Shown: positions 60,732-64,000 of the stretch, in pieces
Layout: every line of letters begins with the position of its first letter
Numbering within the stretch: the first letter of the stretch is position 1
NCBI GenBank assembly: GCA_963693365.1
Contig: CAVNZM010000004.1
Coordinates: 10,940,468-11,004,467, forward strand
From: Amoebidium appalachense
Taxonomy: Eukaryota > Protista > Ichthyosporea
DNA: 64,000 nt
Direction of reading: 5' to 3'
Notes under the pieces: generated by a model
What the model was told of the DNA's origin: nothing
Database searches by the model: none
The model's input: only the letters and a program-made list of their open reading frames with translations
Translations under genes and position numbers: made by a program

Positions 60732-60784
60732 ACTCACTCACACACTCACACACTCACTCCACACACAGGCACACACACATGCAC

Positions 60785-60819
<35 letters not shown>

Positions 60820-60939
60820 CTCACTCACTCCACACACAGGCACACACACATGCACACACACACACACACACACACTCACACACTCACACACTCACACACA
60901 CACACACTCCACACACTCCACACACAGGCACACACACAT

Positions 60940-61017
<78 letters not shown>

Positions 61018-61119
61018 TCACACACACACACTCCACACACAGGCACAAACACATGCATGTACACACACACACACACACACACCTCACACACTCACTCCAC
61101 ACACAGGCACACACACATG

Positions 61120-61151
<32 letters not shown>

Positions 61152-61204
61152 CACACACTCACACACTCACTCCACACACAGGCACGCACACATGCATACA
61201 CACA

Positions 61205-61289
<85 letters not shown>

Positions 61290-61585
61290 TACACACACAC
61301 ACACACACATTGACTCACACTCACACACACGCGCACACACGCACACGCAAAAGCACACACGTCAAAACCCACAGGCACGCATGCACACCATGCGTCCGTG
61401 GGTGCACACATGCACTCGTTTGTGCGCACATGCGCGCGCACACACACACATTTACACACACACTCAACCACACCTTTCCTACCACCCTCGCCTACACCTA
61501 CACTTCTTACCTGCTTGCGTGTCTCTTCCCTCCCTTTCTTTCATTTCTTCCTTTGTTGTGTCCTCCCCTGCCCCCCTTCCCTTCG

Positions 61586-61625
<40 letters not shown>

Positions 61626-61949
61626 CCCTCACCCCAACTGCTTTGCAGTTTCCGCGATCTACACTTCCCAACTGCCCTCATCATTTTTGTCATTTGTGTG
61701 TTCCTGCCTCTTTGTCCACTCCCTACTACAAACATGTCTCACACGACCCTTCCCTCCCATACCGCAAACCAGCACCCCTCGCCCCTCCACAAAAAGAAAG
61801 GATATTGAAAGAAAGAAAGAAAGAACACTCACACAAAGGGTTATGCAAATCCATATCCCCCCCCCCCCCCCCCCCTCCATTTTCCTGCAAATAGATGATT
61901 CAAGATCCCCCCCCCTTCCCCCCCCCCCCCCCCCCCCTCTCACCCCCTT

Positions 61950-61981
<32 letters not shown>

Positions 61982-62092
61982 ACCGAGGATGGGCTCTGCT
62001 TATTATGCGTACTCTTTATGTATGGTTTGCACTCTGCATCTTGTTATCCGTTGTTCATGTGTACCCCATATTTTGTGACGCATTCAAACTCC

Positions 62093-62151
<59 letters not shown>

Positions 62152-62741
62152 AAAAAAAAAAAAAAGTGGAATGTTAACCCCGTCAATGTACTATGAGACG
62201 AATATCAAGAGTGTCGGGATATCCACCAAGGCGTACATATGGAAAAACCCCCTCTTTTCAGGTGTGCTACAGCTCGTTATATGTGTGGGTGCTGACGGCA
62301 TGGGTTACAGGTAGGGGCAAGCGCAGAGTCGAACTGACAAAGAGCACACGCCTGGTACGTTACAAATTTCTTGGCTTTGCTATCCCCCCCCCCCTCCCCC
62401 CCCCCCCCCCCCCCCCGGCGCTCTGCCCCTACTTCAAACCCCCTCCCCCCCTCCTCCCTCTCTTTCCCTGCCCCTACTTATACTTGCACACACACTGCCC
62501 CCTCCCCCCCCCCCCCCCCCCCCCCCCCTTCCTCCCCTCTTCCCCCCCCCCCCCCCCCCCCCCCCTTTTCCCCTTCAACCCCTCTTGTCCATTTCCGTTT
62601 CCATCCCTTCCAACACACGTAGTCTGATTCGTACCTTTATCGGCACACGGTATCCCACTTTACTATGCTGCTACTGTGTATAAACATATCTAACCCTGGT
62701 TCCAGCCATGTGGACTGACGGCTGATTTTACCATCGACTAA
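54041..62741 (+). CDS. RAD51D: DNA repair protein RAD51 homolog 4 (RAD51D), 313 aa, 12 exons
   Basis: Exons 54041-54119, 54876-54937, 55417-55532, 55953-56034, 56557-56688, 57416-57472, 58373-58435, 58975-59065, 59748-59818, 60329-60437, 62311-62354, 62706-62741 (942 nt, open). Motifs: [34 protein letters not shown] (Walker A), [21 protein letters not shown] (Walker B), [17 protein letters not shown] and LTKSTRLPCG. Confidence 0.93.
60450..61330. repeat. Compound CA-rich minisatellite in a RAD51D intron
   Basis: About eight units of CACTCCACACACAGGCAC.CACACATGCA embedded in variable (CA)n/(CACT)n. This is the source of the spurious 319-601 aa ORFs. Confidence 0.9.
61985..62090 (+). repeat. 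~120-bp poly(C)-tailed intronic dispersed repeat, copy 4 (5' truncated by poly-C)
   Basis: GAGGATGGGCTCTGCTTATTATGCGTACTCTTTATGTATGG...GACGCATTCAAACTCC followed by poly-C; very similar to copy 1. Confidence 0.85.
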
Positions 62742-63900
62742 ACACGGCTTGCGGTGGGCGGGCAGTGAACACGTGTTAAGGCCTGTCACGTGATCAGTGT
62801 GACGTCAGCACCTACACATTTCAATGGCTATATGCGGATCCACAGTGTTGGACGAAAATCACCCTTTAACAAACATGTTTCTGATCCCAAGGGTTGAATC
62901 AGAACCACCATTCGAGAGAATTGGTAGCAAAGAATGTGGTGATGTATGGGGTTCGTGTGACTAGCATGGCTTTTAGGCGATTTGGGGGTGGTTCCCTTAT
63001 GGTTTCTCGCTGAATCCATATCTCCTTGAAATAACGATAATGTTACAGTGGTTTGATTGGATTGGATTGGGGACTTGCATCTTGCCTGACCCCCCCCCCC
63101 CCCCCCCCCCCCCCCCTTTCTCCGGTGTTTTTTTCAATTATAATGAAGGTTTTTTTTTTTTTTTTTTTTGATTTATTAATGGCTTTTCTTTCTTTTTTTA
63201 TCCCGCGGGGGGGGGGGGGGGGGGGGAGGGGGGGGGAGGGGGGGGGGGATACCATAAGATGACACACCTTGTTATATTGACCACGAATGACTCGGATTTC
63301 TTAACGTCGATAATGCCATACTTAGGCATGAATGGTGTTGATATGGCTGTACATGCTCAACCCTATAGTGTACATATCCCACTGTAAGAATGTGAATAAA
63401 TTTCATGCGATTAACAGATATATATATTCAGTGTACACATGTGCAACCTGAATGAATGTTTCATCTCTTATGTTTTGACCACCAGGTCCGTGGGAGATTC
63501 GGTTGCAGATATTGAAGAGCCTGTGTGTGTAGGCAGTTATATGTACATGCACACACGCGTGAGTTTAAGTCATAGAGTACATGTATCAGCCTGCGGTGTC
63601 ACACGGGAAGGCGACCGTGTACGTACACCATGCATGGCATAATGATAGGCATTGAGCCCATGTACATGCATTATGTGTCGACGACAAAACATGTATACGT
63701 ATTTGTGTGTGCACCTGCGCATGTGTGTATGTGCATGTGTGTGTATGTTTATGTATATCTTATCTACCATAATTTCAAATTGCTTCGGTGATCGATGTCA
63801 CATAATACCTTGTATTTCAAAGTCATCGCAAAAGGCACTGTGACATACGAGGGCAATAAAATGCCTCTAAATTTAAATATAGTTTAGTAACTTTAGGGGG

Positions 63901-63936
<36 letters not shown>

Positions 63937-64000
63937 GTTGCTCATTTATTTTACCAAAAAAAAAACTTCAACCCGCACCCGTATATCTTGCCAGCATAGG

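Noticed and set aside
60344-62196. ORFs of 319-601 aa rich in His/Thr
   Set aside because: These are translations of CA-rich minisatellite in a RAD51D intron. Only 60329-60437 is a real exon.
62262-62314. Alternative RAD51D terminal exon from the acceptor at 62261 ([17 protein letters not shown])
   Set aside because: The acceptor at 62310 gives [14 protein letters not shown], matching the RAD51D C-terminal strand, and has a GCTGAC branch site.

Overview
Eukaryotic, intron-rich genomic DNA. It is probably from a unicellular opisthokont or holozoan: it carries muskelin, a RAD51D with animal-like intron positions and a CRTC-like gene, but the taxon cannot be fixed from sequence alone. Introns and intergenic DNA are saturated with poly-G/poly-C, (CA)n/(GT)n and (GA)n tracts, so almost all long six-frame ORFs are spurious. 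Manual splicing (GT-AG, phase-consistent) gives seven genes: (1) a minus-strand CRTC/TORC-like protein with two tandem CREB-binding-type motifs and an eh1 motif, 3' end unresolved; (2) an orphan of about 419 aa with a possible C-terminal ubiquitin-like fold; (3) a classical SDR; (4) a secreted Cys-rich protein with two PAN/apple-like modules; (5) a 23-exon muskelin; (6) a dienelactone hydrolase; (7) a 12-exon RAD51D head-to-head with gene 6. Mobile and repeat DNA includes a 1.1-kb non-autonomous hAT-like element with TIRs and an 8-bp TSD, a multi-module dispersed repeat around the PAN gene and a ~120-bp poly(C)-tailed intronic repeat family. The best candidate for a new system is the CRTC-like gene: a doubled TORC_N-like motif, a Groucho-recruiting eh1 motif and three perfect CREs upstream suggest a CREB-induced feedback co-repressor. 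That function is inferred and untested.
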